From: Candidatus Kaiserbacteria bacterium
GTDB lineage: Bacteria; Patescibacteriota; Minisyncoccia; Phycocordibacterales; UBA918
DNA: 28,523 nucleotides
Direction: 5' to 3'
NCBI GenBank assembly: GCA_023264435.1
Contig: JAHFMK010000001.1
Location: 1 to 28,523 of the forward strand
This document shows, one piece after another, positions 8,445 through 16,467 of the stretch (positions within the stretch are counted from its first letter, which is position 1; each line of letters begins with the position of its first letter). The notes under the pieces are model-generated. The model made no database searches and was not told the DNA's origin. It worked only from the letters and a program-made list of their open reading frames with translations. The translations under genes and the position numbers were made by a program.

Positions 8445-9194
8445 TTATTGTAATTTTTGTGGATGTCGCATACTCCATGCATAAAACACAATTGATGCAG
8501 CGACTGAAACATTCAATGATTCTACATGTGGAGACATTGGTATACGTAAAGGGATGTCACAGTGTTCACGTGTCTTCTTTCGAATACCATCTGCTTCATT
8601 GCCTAAAATAATTGCGGTTGGTTTTTCAAACAATTCATTCGTAACTGATTGTGTTGCATCACCAGCCAGACCATATATCCAAAATCCGCGTTGTTTTAAT
8701 TCATAGATTATCTGATTTACATTTCCAATACGTACTAATGGAATACGAAAGGCAGTGCCCACAGAAACTTTTATAACAGTCCCATTGAGTGGTGCTTGAC
8801 GATGATCAGGAATAAACACCGCCGAAATGCCAAGTGCTGTTGCTGAGCGAATAACCGCACCAACGTTGTGGGGGTCTTGTACCTCACCCAAAATTGCAAA
8901 CGCGCTCTCGTTCGTGACAATATGGGATGACATAAAATCTTCATATGTGCGTAAGAGTTTTGCTGGGGCTATTTCTGCAACAAAACCTTGATGAACCGCA
9001 TCAATAGGCACTCCCATAGGAGGTTTTTGTGCGGTGAACATTTTTTTTGGAATAGCAGTACGAGTGAGCACATCACGAATTTCATTGCTTTCACATCCCT
9101 CAACAAGATGAACAACTCTTACCACATCAGGTCGCATAGTAAGTGCCTCCATGACTGCATGCTTTCCATATATAAAAATGACTTCATCTTTCAT
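8445..9194 (-). CDS. rlmB: TrmH/SpoU family rRNA 2'-O-ribose methyltransferase (RlmB-like)
   Basis: IYGKHAVMEAL N-terminal domain, VQDPHNVGAVIRSA, ILGNEADGI, IPM...ESLNVSVAASI SPOUT motifs. Confidence 0.92.
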   Translation of the reverse strand: MKDEVIFIYGKHAVMEALTMRPDVVRVVHLVEGCESNEIRDVLTRTAIPKKMFTAQKPPMGVPIDAVHQGFVAEIAPAKLLRTYEDFMSSHIVTNESAFAILGEVQDPHNVGAVIRSATALGISAVFIPDHRQAPLNGTVIKVSVGTAFRIPLVRIGNVNQIIYELKQRGFWIYGLAGDATQSVTNELFEKPTAIILGNEADGIRKKTREHCDIPLRIPMSPHVESLNVSVAASIVFYAWSMRHPQKLQ

Positions 9195-9281
9195 ATCGAT
9201 GAGTGTACCGTGTACGTGTCATTCTGTGAAGTATACATTGCATATTGCTCAATACGTCCATCTATGGTCTACTACACAGCA

Positions 9282-9989
9282 ATGAAATCACGAGGGAAAA
9301 AAGGAACCGCATTTTGGGATGCTGAATATCGTGAAAGTGGACACTTTGCACTTTCGTTCACTCAAAGTGAGGATTTAGAAAAAGCAACGCGTTGGCTTAT
9401 TCGTGAATATGGTGGTACGTACCTCAATATCACCTCATCAGTGCTCGACCTTGGCTGTGGTAATGGAAGAAATCTTCTCTGGCTTGCACAAACCTTTGGA
9501 GTACGGGGTACAGGGTACGACATATCAGCAGAAGCGGTGAAGCAGGCTCGAGTGCAGAGTGAAAAAAACAAACTCAATTTGACCTATGTTGTGCGTTCTA
9601 TTGCAGGCACACTCTCGGTACCCGATGCTTCACAAACGCTTGTGCTCGACTTGATGACCTCTCACTTTTTAAACGCAGATGACCGAGTACAACTGATTGA
9701 TGAAATATTCCGTGTACTCAAACCAGGAGGTTTCCTTATATACAAAACATTCTTACTTGATGAAGATATGCATGCACGGAGAATGCTCACCGAATATCCT
9801 ACTCATGAAGAGAATACTTACATGCATCCACGCATTGGCATGCCAGAACATGTCTCAACCGAAGATGAGATTATTGCACTGTATGGTACAAAATTCACAA
9901 TACATAAAGTGTATCGTTCACATCGACATAAAGGAAAAGATGCGAAACGAAGGAGCATTATGGTATATCTGCAAAAACCTGAATTTTAA
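9282..9989 (+). CDS. Class I SAM-dependent methyltransferase (about 235 aa)
   Basis: VLDLGCGNGRN motif I, GYDISAEAV, FRVLKPGGFL. Start reassigned to ATG 9282 (alternative 9264); the 8988 start would overlap rlmB head-to-head. Confidence 0.88.
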   Translation: MKSRGKKGTAFWDAEYRESGHFALSFTQSEDLEKATRWLIREYGGTYLNITSSVLDLGCGNGRNLLWLAQTFGVRGTGYDISAEAVKQARVQSEKNKLNLTYVVRSIAGTLSVPDASQTLVLDLMTSHFLNADDRVQLIDEIFRVLKPGGFLIYKTFLLDEDMHARRMLTEYPTHEENTYMHPRIGMPEHVSTEDEIIALYGTKFTIHKVYRSHRHKGKDAKRRSIMVYLQKPEF

Positions 9990-12463
9990 TCCCCGCGATT
10001 AGTATCACCCACCACATCCTCAAAATCAGATGGCACAAAGGAAATGGTTTGTCCTCTTCGAATGCCCTGTTCGATAATTTTTCGTGCAATTCGCTCTTCA
10101 AGAATATCTTGCACCGCTCTTCGAATTGAGCGTGCACCAAATTGTGGGTCAAAACCATACCGCATAACAACATCAACTAACGCATCATCGACAGACAATT
10201 CATACCCTCGTTCACGAATTCGTTCTTGTAGTTCTTTAAGCATCAATTGTGCAATATGTCGTTGTTCGTCCATACTCAGAATATCAAATAAAACAACGGC
10301 ATCAAACCGATTGATAAACTCTGGTTTAAAAATACGTTGTTCAATTATCGAATGCACAACCATATCATGCTCATGTTTTAGATTTTTTCCTGCACTAACC
10401 AATGCTCGTATTGTTTCACTCCCTGCATTTGAAGTTGCTATGATGATAGTATTTCGTACATTAATATGTGCACCTCGTGCATCAGTAAATACCCCCTCAT
10501 CAAGTATTTGAAGGAATAAGTCGTGCACATCTTCACTCGCCTTCTCAAGTTCATCAAGGAGGAGTACGCCATAGGGATGCTCATGAAGCGCAGAAGAAAG
10601 TCTGCCTGCTCCTGACTGTGTACCAATAAGTCGTTCAAGTGCATCGACACCACTATATTCAGACATATCAAAACGAATCATTGAATCTTCGCTTCCAAAA
10701 AATGTATAGGCAAGTGCTTTCACTGTCTCTGTCTTCCCCACTCCCGTTGAACCAAGAAAAAGAAATGAACTCATCGGTCGATCTTTACTCTGAATACCTG
10801 CACGTGCTCTCCGCATAGCACCAGCAATAGCGGTAATAGCATCATGTTGACCAATCACACGTTCATGGAGCACTTCTTCGAGATGCATGAGTAAATCACG
10901 CTCCTTAGCATCTACTGGTCCAGACGGAATACCGGTCTTTTCTTGTACACATTGATCAACAAATGAATCGAGAATAAGTGTCACCCCCAATTGTTCTGCT
11001 TTTCCTGCAACTTCTGCAAGAAAGCTTACCGCTTTATCAGGCATGACACCATCCACAAGATAACGGTCAGCACTTTCTGCAACACGCGTGAGTGCAGGAT
11101 AGGTAAAAAATACATGATGTGTATGTTCATACCCCCACACTACTTCTTCGAGCACTCGCACAACACTCGAAATATCAGGATTCTCAATAGTGATTGTTTC
11201 GAAATATTGCAGAAGATTATGATTTGTTTCCAGTGACTGATGATAGTGATCATGGTCAACTGTCGTTATAATTTGCACCTGCGATGAAGTAAGAAATCTG
11301 CCGAAGAGTTCTGATACGTTCACACCCAGATGTGCCACACTTTCAATAAATGCATGCATTCGCTCAATCACAACAATAATATTTCCTGCACGTTCTGCGT
11401 GACTCATTAGACGCATGAATGCTCGTTCGAATTCCTCTTTTGTACTATATGTTGCAACAAATGCATCAGTATCAAATACAATAAGGCGTTTTGCAATAAG
11501 TGATTCAACGGACTTCCCTTCCTTCATTCTCCGTCCCATCTCTATAAGCATATCCATTTCACCTACACCGGGGTCACCAACCAGAATAACATTTGCTGAT
11601 TTCGTACGCGCAAGCACCGTTTCCATTTTTTGGATTACCTCGTTGGCATACGCTGCATCATGTATAAACAGTGAGAGTGCCGAAGTCGTATTAATATCAC
11701 GTGTAAAATGTTGTAACTCATACGCGACACCATATGAAAATTCACGACCAACACCTTTTATTTTCCCCAGATTATCTCTACTCCACCATCGAATATGATT
11801 TTTGTGCAGGAGTCGTACTCGTGAAACCCATTCATTTGCACCAAGAAAGAGATCCTTCGTTATACCATGTGCAAACAAAAATGAAATAAGGGTCTTATCT
11901 CTTTCAAGCAAAAACTCCCCCACATCTTGGAGCGTCAAAAAATAATGTGCCCGTATACTTAACGAATCAATTGAAATGTGTGTTCGTGTTTGTGATACAA
12001 AAGTATCTACCTCTGATGCGGTGATACCGAGACGGAACAATACTTCACGACCATAGGGAGATGCCATAAATCCATGAGTCATATCAGTGGGGTGAGATAT
12101 TCCAATTTGTGCAACCTCCATAGTAACACCTTCACCATCAACAAAATCCTCAGACAAAATTGAAGGCAATCCTCTGAAATAGAGAGTATTATAAAAAAAT
12201 GTCAGTTGTAATAATACTGTGTATGGACCAAGGAGTATCAAAAACCCAGCCGTAAGAAAACGTGCATCATTGAGTACGACACTCGTATCAAAATTACCTG
12301 CACGCATTGAGTAATACAATACAAATCCAATAAGTATACTTCCAAGCACTAATTCAGTACCCGCAAGAAAACGGAGTATCCGTCTCCGTGCAGTACGAGA
12401 GAGAATAGTATCAAGTGCTATTGCCGATATGTAAGTATGAATTTCTTGTGGTATTGTTTTCAT
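9986..12463 (-). CDS. Membrane-anchored ClpA/ClpB-like two-ring AAA+ ATPase with degenerate first AAA module (825 aa)
   Basis: Two N-terminal hydrophobic helices; D1 GDPGVGEM and VVIERMH (degenerate Walker A/B), RYL...MPDKA; D2 VIGQHDAI, FLFLGSTGVGKTE, RFDMSEY, LLLDELEKA, FKPEFINRFD, GARSIRR. Start reassigned to 12463, overlapping the upstream TGA (ATGA). Confidence 0.92.
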   Translation of the reverse strand: MKTIPQEIHTYISAIALDTILSRTARRRILRFLAGTELVLGSILIGFVLYYSMRAGNFDTSVVLNDARFLTAGFLILLGPYTVLLQLTFFYNTLYFRGLPSILSEDFVDGEGVTMEVAQIGISHPTDMTHGFMASPYGREVLFRLGITASEVDTFVSQTRTHISIDSLSIRAHYFLTLQDVGEFLLERDKTLISFLFAHGITKDLFLGANEWVSRVRLLHKNHIRWWSRDNLGKIKGVGREFSYGVAYELQHFTRDINTTSALSLFIHDAAYANEVIQKMETVLARTKSANVILVGDPGVGEMDMLIEMGRRMKEGKSVESLIAKRLIVFDTDAFVATYSTKEEFERAFMRLMSHAERAGNIIVVIERMHAFIESVAHLGVNVSELFGRFLTSSQVQIITTVDHDHYHQSLETNHNLLQYFETITIENPDISSVVRVLEEVVWGYEHTHHVFFTYPALTRVAESADRYLVDGVMPDKAVSFLAEVAGKAEQLGVTLILDSFVDQCVQEKTGIPSGPVDAKERDLLMHLEEVLHERVIGQHDAITAIAGAMRRARAGIQSKDRPMSSFLFLGSTGVGKTETVKALAYTFFGSEDSMIRFDMSEYSGVDALERLIGTQSGAGRLSSALHEHPYGVLLLDELEKASEDVHDLFLQILDEGVFTDARGAHINVRNTIIIATSNAGSETIRALVSAGKNLKHEHDMVVHSIIEQRIFKPEFINRFDAVVLFDILSMDEQRHIAQLMLKELQERIRERGYELSVDDALVDVVMRYGFDPQFGARSIRRAVQDILEERIARKIIEQGIRRGQTISFVPSDFEDVVGDTNRGD

Positions 12464-12846
12464 ATAAAAAATATCATGACTCCATACACCATGCTCAACA
12501 GAAAAATTACGGGCATACATATCCATGCAAATACCACAAGAAACAATCCAACTACACCAAAACACATGAACACGAGTCCGCACAGAATAATTACAAATCG
12601 TATAAGTGCACCGAAGATACGCGACATCACATTAATCAACAATGTTTGAAGTAACTCCTCTATACCCGTCCTTCTATATTGATCTGTAATGCGTTTCCAT
12701 GGCGAAAAAAATGTTTTTAAAAGAAGCGGAATTGAGAAGAAATGTATCAAAAACCATTCAATATTCATCCAGACAGCAAGTATGTTGCGGAATGCTCGTG
12801 TGTAATACCATGCAACAAAATCAAAGACGAGATACGATACTTTCAT
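12460..12846 (-). CDS. Hypothetical membrane protein translationally coupled to the Clp-like ATPase (128 aa)
   Basis: Aromatic-rich N-terminus (FVAWYYT, HFFSIPLLLKTFFSPWKR) and a long C-terminal hydrophobic hairpin; 4-nt ATGA overlap with the ATPase. Confidence 0.85.
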   Translation of the reverse strand: MKVSYLVFDFVAWYYTRAFRNILAVWMNIEWFLIHFFSIPLLLKTFFSPWKRITDQYRRTGIEELLQTLLINVMSRIFGALIRFVIILCGLVFMCFGVVGLFLVVFAWICMPVIFLLSMVYGVMIFFI

Positions 12847-12852
12847 GTATTC

Positions 12853-12858
12853 ATTATA
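12853..12858 (-). promoter_or_regulatory. Consensus -10 box (TATAAT) 6 nt before the ATG at 12846; likely leaderless promoter
   Basis: Minus strand reads TATAAT-gaatac-ATG. Confidence 0.6.
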
Positions 12859-12912
12859 TAGTATGTATCATCGTATTCTGATATACCTATAAACAGATAT
12901 CTACACGCACGA

Positions 12913-13824
12913 TTATTTTTTTTCTTCATAGTAATGAAGCACCGCATTCACTCCTGCCTGATTTTTTTCAAATTCAATAGATTTATGTGTCGCAAGCTCT
13001 ACGGTAATTGCAGGGATATCAATGGATGCAAGCCAGCCCTCTGCATCACCCGTAACGGGGTACGCATCAAAAGTTTCCACTGGTTTATAACCAGATGCTG
13101 TTGCGTATGTTTGCATCAGTGTCCGTGTTGCGGGAAGTATTCCCTTAGTACATTCAGATGCATACACTGCGTTTGATTGACTATGCCAAAAAACAACGGC
13201 GTCTGGTCTCTGTGCGAGTACATAATCTCGAATAGTACGTGCTTCTGGCTCAGAGAATGCTTCAGTACCTGCACTCACTTCCTTTCCCTGCCACATACTT
13301 TTTGGCTTCCATTTACAATCAAAGTTTCGATTGAGGTCTACTGTATGTGCATTAAAACGTCCTGGTGCTTGTGCCGAAGTAAGGTCCACATCTTCAAGAT
13401 GAAACCGACCAACTACTCCGAGTACACGATACACACCATCAGGGTTTGCAGAAGGAATAATACTTATCGTCACATTCTGTGGAATATTTTCTGGATGCTC
13501 CGTAAAATAATCAATAAATGCGTATGCAAGCAATACGCTATTCCATTCATACCCACCATGGATACCGCCCACAAAAAGGAGTTGTGTCTTCCCTGTACCA
13601 AATCGATACACTTCAATATCACGACCTTCAACAGAGGTACCGATGACCTCAAGAGATTTTAAGGAAGCATCGGGTGGTGTTTTTAGTATCTCTTCTGTAT
13701 GTGTATCAGCTTGTTCAGGTGGCACATTCACAGTGCTCTCCTTGAAAAAATATACACTTCCTGCACCAACAATCACCATTATTGCAAGTGCAAGAGTGCT
13801 ATATATAATCGAACGTTTATCCAT
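12913..13824 (-). CDS. Membrane-anchored M14 zinc carboxypeptidase (MpaA-like fold), catalytic residues intact
   Basis: N-terminal TM; IGTSVEGRDI, GGIHGGYE, NPDG, GRFNAHTVDLNRNF, FSEPE, WHSQ (third Zn ligand), TVEL (catalytic Glu). Confidence 0.9.
   Translation of the reverse strand: MDKRSIIYSTLALAIMVIVGAGSVYFFKESTVNVPPEQADTHTEEILKTPPDASLKSLEVIGTSVEGRDIEVYRFGTGKTQLLFVGGIHGGYEWNSVLLAYAFIDYFTEHPENIPQNVTISIIPSANPDGVYRVLGVVGRFHLEDVDLTSAQAPGRFNAHTVDLNRNFDCKWKPKSMWQGKEVSAGTEAFSEPEARTIRDYVLAQRPDAVVFWHSQSNAVYASECTKGILPATRTLMQTYATASGYKPVETFDAYPVTGDAEGWLASIDIPAITVELATHKSIEFEKNQAGVNAVLHYYEEKK
13315..13362. repeat. 48-bp exact direct repeat, copy 1 (copy 2 at 14220-14267), inside the two M14 paralogues
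   Basis: acaatcaaagtttcgattgaggtctactgtatgtgcattaaaacgtcc is identical at both sites. Confidence 0.95.
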
Positions 13825-14762
13825 TATTTTTTATAATGCATGAGAAGTGCATCAATTCCCGCCTTATTCTTATCCCATTCAATGTCAGTATGATTGGTAA
13901 GTAACACACTTATTGCAGGCACTCCTTTCTTTGCAAGCCAGTTTACCATATCACCCGTAATTTCATAGAAATTAAATGAGCTGTACGCTTTATATCCTGA
14001 TGCAGAGGCATACAGATTCGTCAATGTTTTTGTTTCACTCAAGACACCATCATGGCAACTTGATGAAAATACTCCACCCGATGCACTGTACCATACCACA
14101 ACACCTGCTAATGCATGTTTTTGTATGTAATCTCGAACTGCTTTACTTTCTGGTTCAGAAAACGCCTCTGAACCTCCACTCACTGTTTTATTCTGCCACA
14201 CACCAGATGATTTCCAATCACAATCAAAGTTTCGATTGAGGTCTACTGTATGTGCATTAAAACGTCCCGAGGTGAGAACATTGTCATCTGTTGAAACATC
14301 TGCTGGTGCAAATTTTTCGGTAGTTCCCACAACCTTCATGAGTCCATCAGGATTCATGACGGGAATAATAGTTACTTTTACATTTTTGGGAATAACGGAT
14401 GGATTTTCTTTTACATAATCCATCATCGAATATGCAAGAAGCACGGTATTCCATTCATATCCGCCATGAATACCGCCCACAAAGAGAATTTCAGTATCTC
14501 CAGTGCCATAGTGATATGCCATGATGTTTGTACCATCAACCGATTTGCCAATCACTGTTTTTGTCGTGTCAATATTTTCTGCTTGTGAAGGGACATTTGT
14601 TGGTAAGTTATTTTCTACTGTTACTGCATCTGAGTTATTCGGCACGGTAACTGGTGCTTCATTAATAATAGGTGCATTTTTAGTAATTAAAAAATTGTTG
14701 TACACGAGATATCCACCAAGAGCTAATAAAACGACCACCACTGCAATAATAATTTTTTTCAT
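13824..14762 (-). CDS. Second membrane-anchored M14 carboxypeptidase paralogue, probably inactive
   Basis: Same scaffold (GGIHGGYE, GRFNAHTVDLNRNF, FSEPE) but WYSA replaces WHSQ and SVLL replaces TVEL; TAATG coupling to the first paralogue. Confidence 0.88.
   Translation of the reverse strand: MKKIIIAVVVVLLALGGYLVYNNFLITKNAPIINEAPVTVPNNSDAVTVENNLPTNVPSQAENIDTTKTVIGKSVDGTNIMAYHYGTGDTEILFVGGIHGGYEWNTVLLAYSMMDYVKENPSVIPKNVKVTIIPVMNPDGLMKVVGTTEKFAPADVSTDDNVLTSGRFNAHTVDLNRNFDCDWKSSGVWQNKTVSGGSEAFSEPESKAVRDYIQKHALAGVVVWYSASGGVFSSSCHDGVLSETKTLTNLYASASGYKAYSSFNFYEITGDMVNWLAKKGVPAISVLLTNHTDIEWDKNKAGIDALLMHYKK
14220..14267. repeat. 48-bp exact direct repeat, copy 2
   Basis: Identical to 13315-13362. 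Confidence 0.95.
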
Positions 14763-14821
14763 ATAGTGAATATTCTACCATAGATTACTCTCTCTACTCT
14801 TACGCAAAATCACATAAGGAC

Positions 14822-14863
14822 ACAGCCACAAAAAAATCCCGTACGGGATTTTTTTGTGGCTGT
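14822..14863. terminator. Perfect 42-bp palindrome; likely intrinsic terminator for the acidic peptide gene
   Basis: acagccacaaaaaaatcccgt|acgggatttttttgtggctgt; GC core flanked by A7/T7 tracts, 18 nt past the stop at 14882. Confidence 0.75.
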
Positions 14864-14880
14864 ATCTTTGTGGCTATATC
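14853..14880. repeat. 14-bp tandem duplication overlapping the palindrome's right arm
   Basis: tttgtggctgtatc tttgtggctatatc (one mismatch). Confidence 0.85.
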
Positions 14881-14881
14881 T

Positions 14882-14995
14882 TTATGCAACTTCTTCTTTG
14901 GTTGCTTCTTCTATTGACTCTGCTGGAGTGACTGTCTCTTCGGTAACTTCTGTTGTTTCAGCTGGTGTAGCGTCAACTTTTTTCTCTTCATCCAT
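14882..14995 (-). CDS. Small acidic, probably disordered peptide (37 aa)
   Basis: Below the ORF-track cutoff. MDEEKKVDATPAETTEVTEETVTPAESIEEATKEEVA*; strongly biased composition (13 D/E), followed by a terminator-like palindrome. Confidence 0.7.
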   Translation of the reverse strand: MDEEKKVDATPAETTEVTEETVTPAESIEEATKEEVA

Positions 14996-15099
14996 ATGAA
15001 TGTATGATTAGCTACTAAACCTCAGTTCAACACTATACACTGATACTATCTATTAACCTAATATTACATGCATGGAAACTACGCTTGCTTTAATTCCAA

Positions 15100-15130
15100 T
15101 TTCCTACTTGTAGGAAAAGTATGATATACT
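15100..15130 (+). promoter_or_regulatory. Operator-like inverted repeat plus extended -10 box of the AbrB-like operon
   Basis: tttcctac-tt-gtaggaaa (15100-15117) covers the expected -35 region; TGaTATACT at 15122-15130 lies 6 nt before ATG 15137. Confidence 0.65.
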
Positions 15131-15136
15131 TTCTCT

Positions 15137-15376
15137 ATGCCAAAAAAAGATGTTGAACGATTTTATGGCACTGCTACTGTTGGTGAAAAAGGTCAGGTGG
15201 TTATTCCCTGTGAAGCTCGTGAACGCATGAAACTTCAAAAGGGAGACAAGTTGCTTGTCTTCGGTATGGGATGCGACATGATTGCTTTTACCAAACTTTC
15301 AAATATCGAAAAATTTGCATCAAGTCTTTCGAGTCAGTTGGAAACCATTCGTGATGTGATTAATAAAACAAAATAA
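15137..15376 (+). CDS. AbrB/MazE/SpoVT-family DNA-binding protein
   Basis: YGTATVGEKGQVVIPCEARERMKLQKGDKLLVF swapped-hairpin pattern. Confidence 0.9.
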   Translation: MPKKDVERFYGTATVGEKGQVVIPCEARERMKLQKGDKLLVFGMGCDMIAFTKLSNIEKFASSLSSQLETIRDVINKTK

Positions 15377-15388
15377 TAATATAAATAT

Positions 15389-16006
15389 ATGAATTACGAT
15401 ATTATTCCAGAAAAAGAAGCGGTTCAAAAAACAGTTGAAGCACTTACAAACAATGGTTTCAAAACCATTGTTGTTGACACAAAAGAACAAGCCCTCGCAC
15501 ATATCAAAACATTTATTCCACATGGTGCATCTGTCATGAATGCAGCATCGACAACGCTTGAACAAATTGGTTTTGTAAAATATTTACAATCTAATCAACA
15601 TGGCTGGAATAATCTACACGAAGCAATTCTCGCTGAAAAAGACACTGCAACACAAATGCAACTTCGTATGCAAAGCTCCTTTGCACAATATTTCCTTGGA
15701 AGCGTACATGCAATTACCGAAAGCGGGCAACTCCTTTCTGCCTCTGCATCAGGCAGTCAAATTGCACCATATGCATTCACTGCACAAAATCTCATACTCG
15801 TCGCAAGTACCAATAAAATTGTTGCTCGTCTTGAAGATGCAATTCAACGTATTCATGAGTATGTATTTCCACTTGAAGATGCTCGTATGAAGACTGTTGG
15901 ATATCCAGGGAGTGTGCTATCAAAGATATTAATTCATGAGCGTGAATCAGCAATGATGGGTAGAACTATTACACTTCTTCTCGTAAACGAAAAATTAGGC
16001 TTCTGA
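15389..16006 (+). CDS. LUD-domain (lactate-utilisation/YkgG-like) protein
   Basis: GASVMNAASTTLEQIG, LGSVHAITESG, SASGSQ, LILVASTNKIV, RE...RTITLLLVNEKLGF. Confidence 0.8.
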   Translation: MNYDIIPEKEAVQKTVEALTNNGFKTIVVDTKEQALAHIKTFIPHGASVMNAASTTLEQIGFVKYLQSNQHGWNNLHEAILAEKDTATQMQLRMQSSFAQYFLGSVHAITESGQLLSASASGSQIAPYAFTAQNLILVASTNKIVARLEDAIQRIHEYVFPLEDARMKTVGYPGSVLSKILIHERESAMMGRTITLLLVNEKLGF

Positions 16007-16079
16007 TGTTGAAACGACATTGTGCACCTATGATGTTTTGATTACGAAATTACTTATTACATTAGATAATTCAAACACT

Positions 16080-16460
16080 ATGGAAACTAACAATCAATAC
16101 ATTCCGGGAGTTTGCAACATTGGACCCGATGAAATAGCACATCGAAATAAAGTTGCATGGATTGGACTTGCATTCACCATAATTCTTTGGGCTCTCTTTA
16201 TTACACTTGATGTACCTGCACTCTGGCGACTCACCCTCTTCATACCCGCAATGATGTCCGCAACAGGATTTCTGCAAGCATATATGAAATTCTGTGTGTA
16301 TTTTGGCTTTGCAAATTTATTCAATTTTGGAACCGTTGGTACAACCGATACGGTTTCACAAGCAGAATATCGAGCAAAGGATAGAAAGAAAGCATTGCAG
16401 ATAACACTTTTTGCAATATTCATTGGAATAGTGGTGGCATATCTCGGCTACATACTCTAA
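16080..16460 (+). CDS. Conserved-looking hypothetical membrane protein with CNIG and FCVYFG motifs (126 aa)
   Basis: Start reassigned to ATG 16080 (METNNQYIPGVCNIGPDE); three to four TM helices. Confidence 0.75.
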   Translation: METNNQYIPGVCNIGPDEIAHRNKVAWIGLAFTIILWALFITLDVPALWRLTLFIPAMMSATGFLQAYMKFCVYFGFANLFNFGTVGTTDTVSQAEYRAKDRKKALQITLFAIFIGIVVAYLGYIL

Positions 16461-16467
16461 CAACACT

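Noticed and set aside
9986-9989. Convergent methyltransferase and Clp genes sharing a TTAA stop overlap
   Set aside because: Real, but a common consequence of genome compaction.
13315-14267. 48-bp repeat pair as a diversity-generating retroelement TR/VR or a CRISPR repeat
   Set aside because: The copies are identical (no adenine-specific mismatches), there are only two, both are in-frame in paralogous genes, and no reverse transcriptase or cas gene is present.
14882-14995. Acidic peptide as a Pup/UBact-type ubiquitin-like modifier
   Set aside because: It ends in EEVA, not the G[EQ] terminus required for conjugation, and there is no PafA/Dop or proteasome gene in the window.
15137-16006. AbrB/MazE-like gene plus downstream gene as a toxin-antitoxin pair
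   Set aside because: The downstream protein is a 205-aa LUD-domain protein with no PIN, MazF, RelE or Fic signature.
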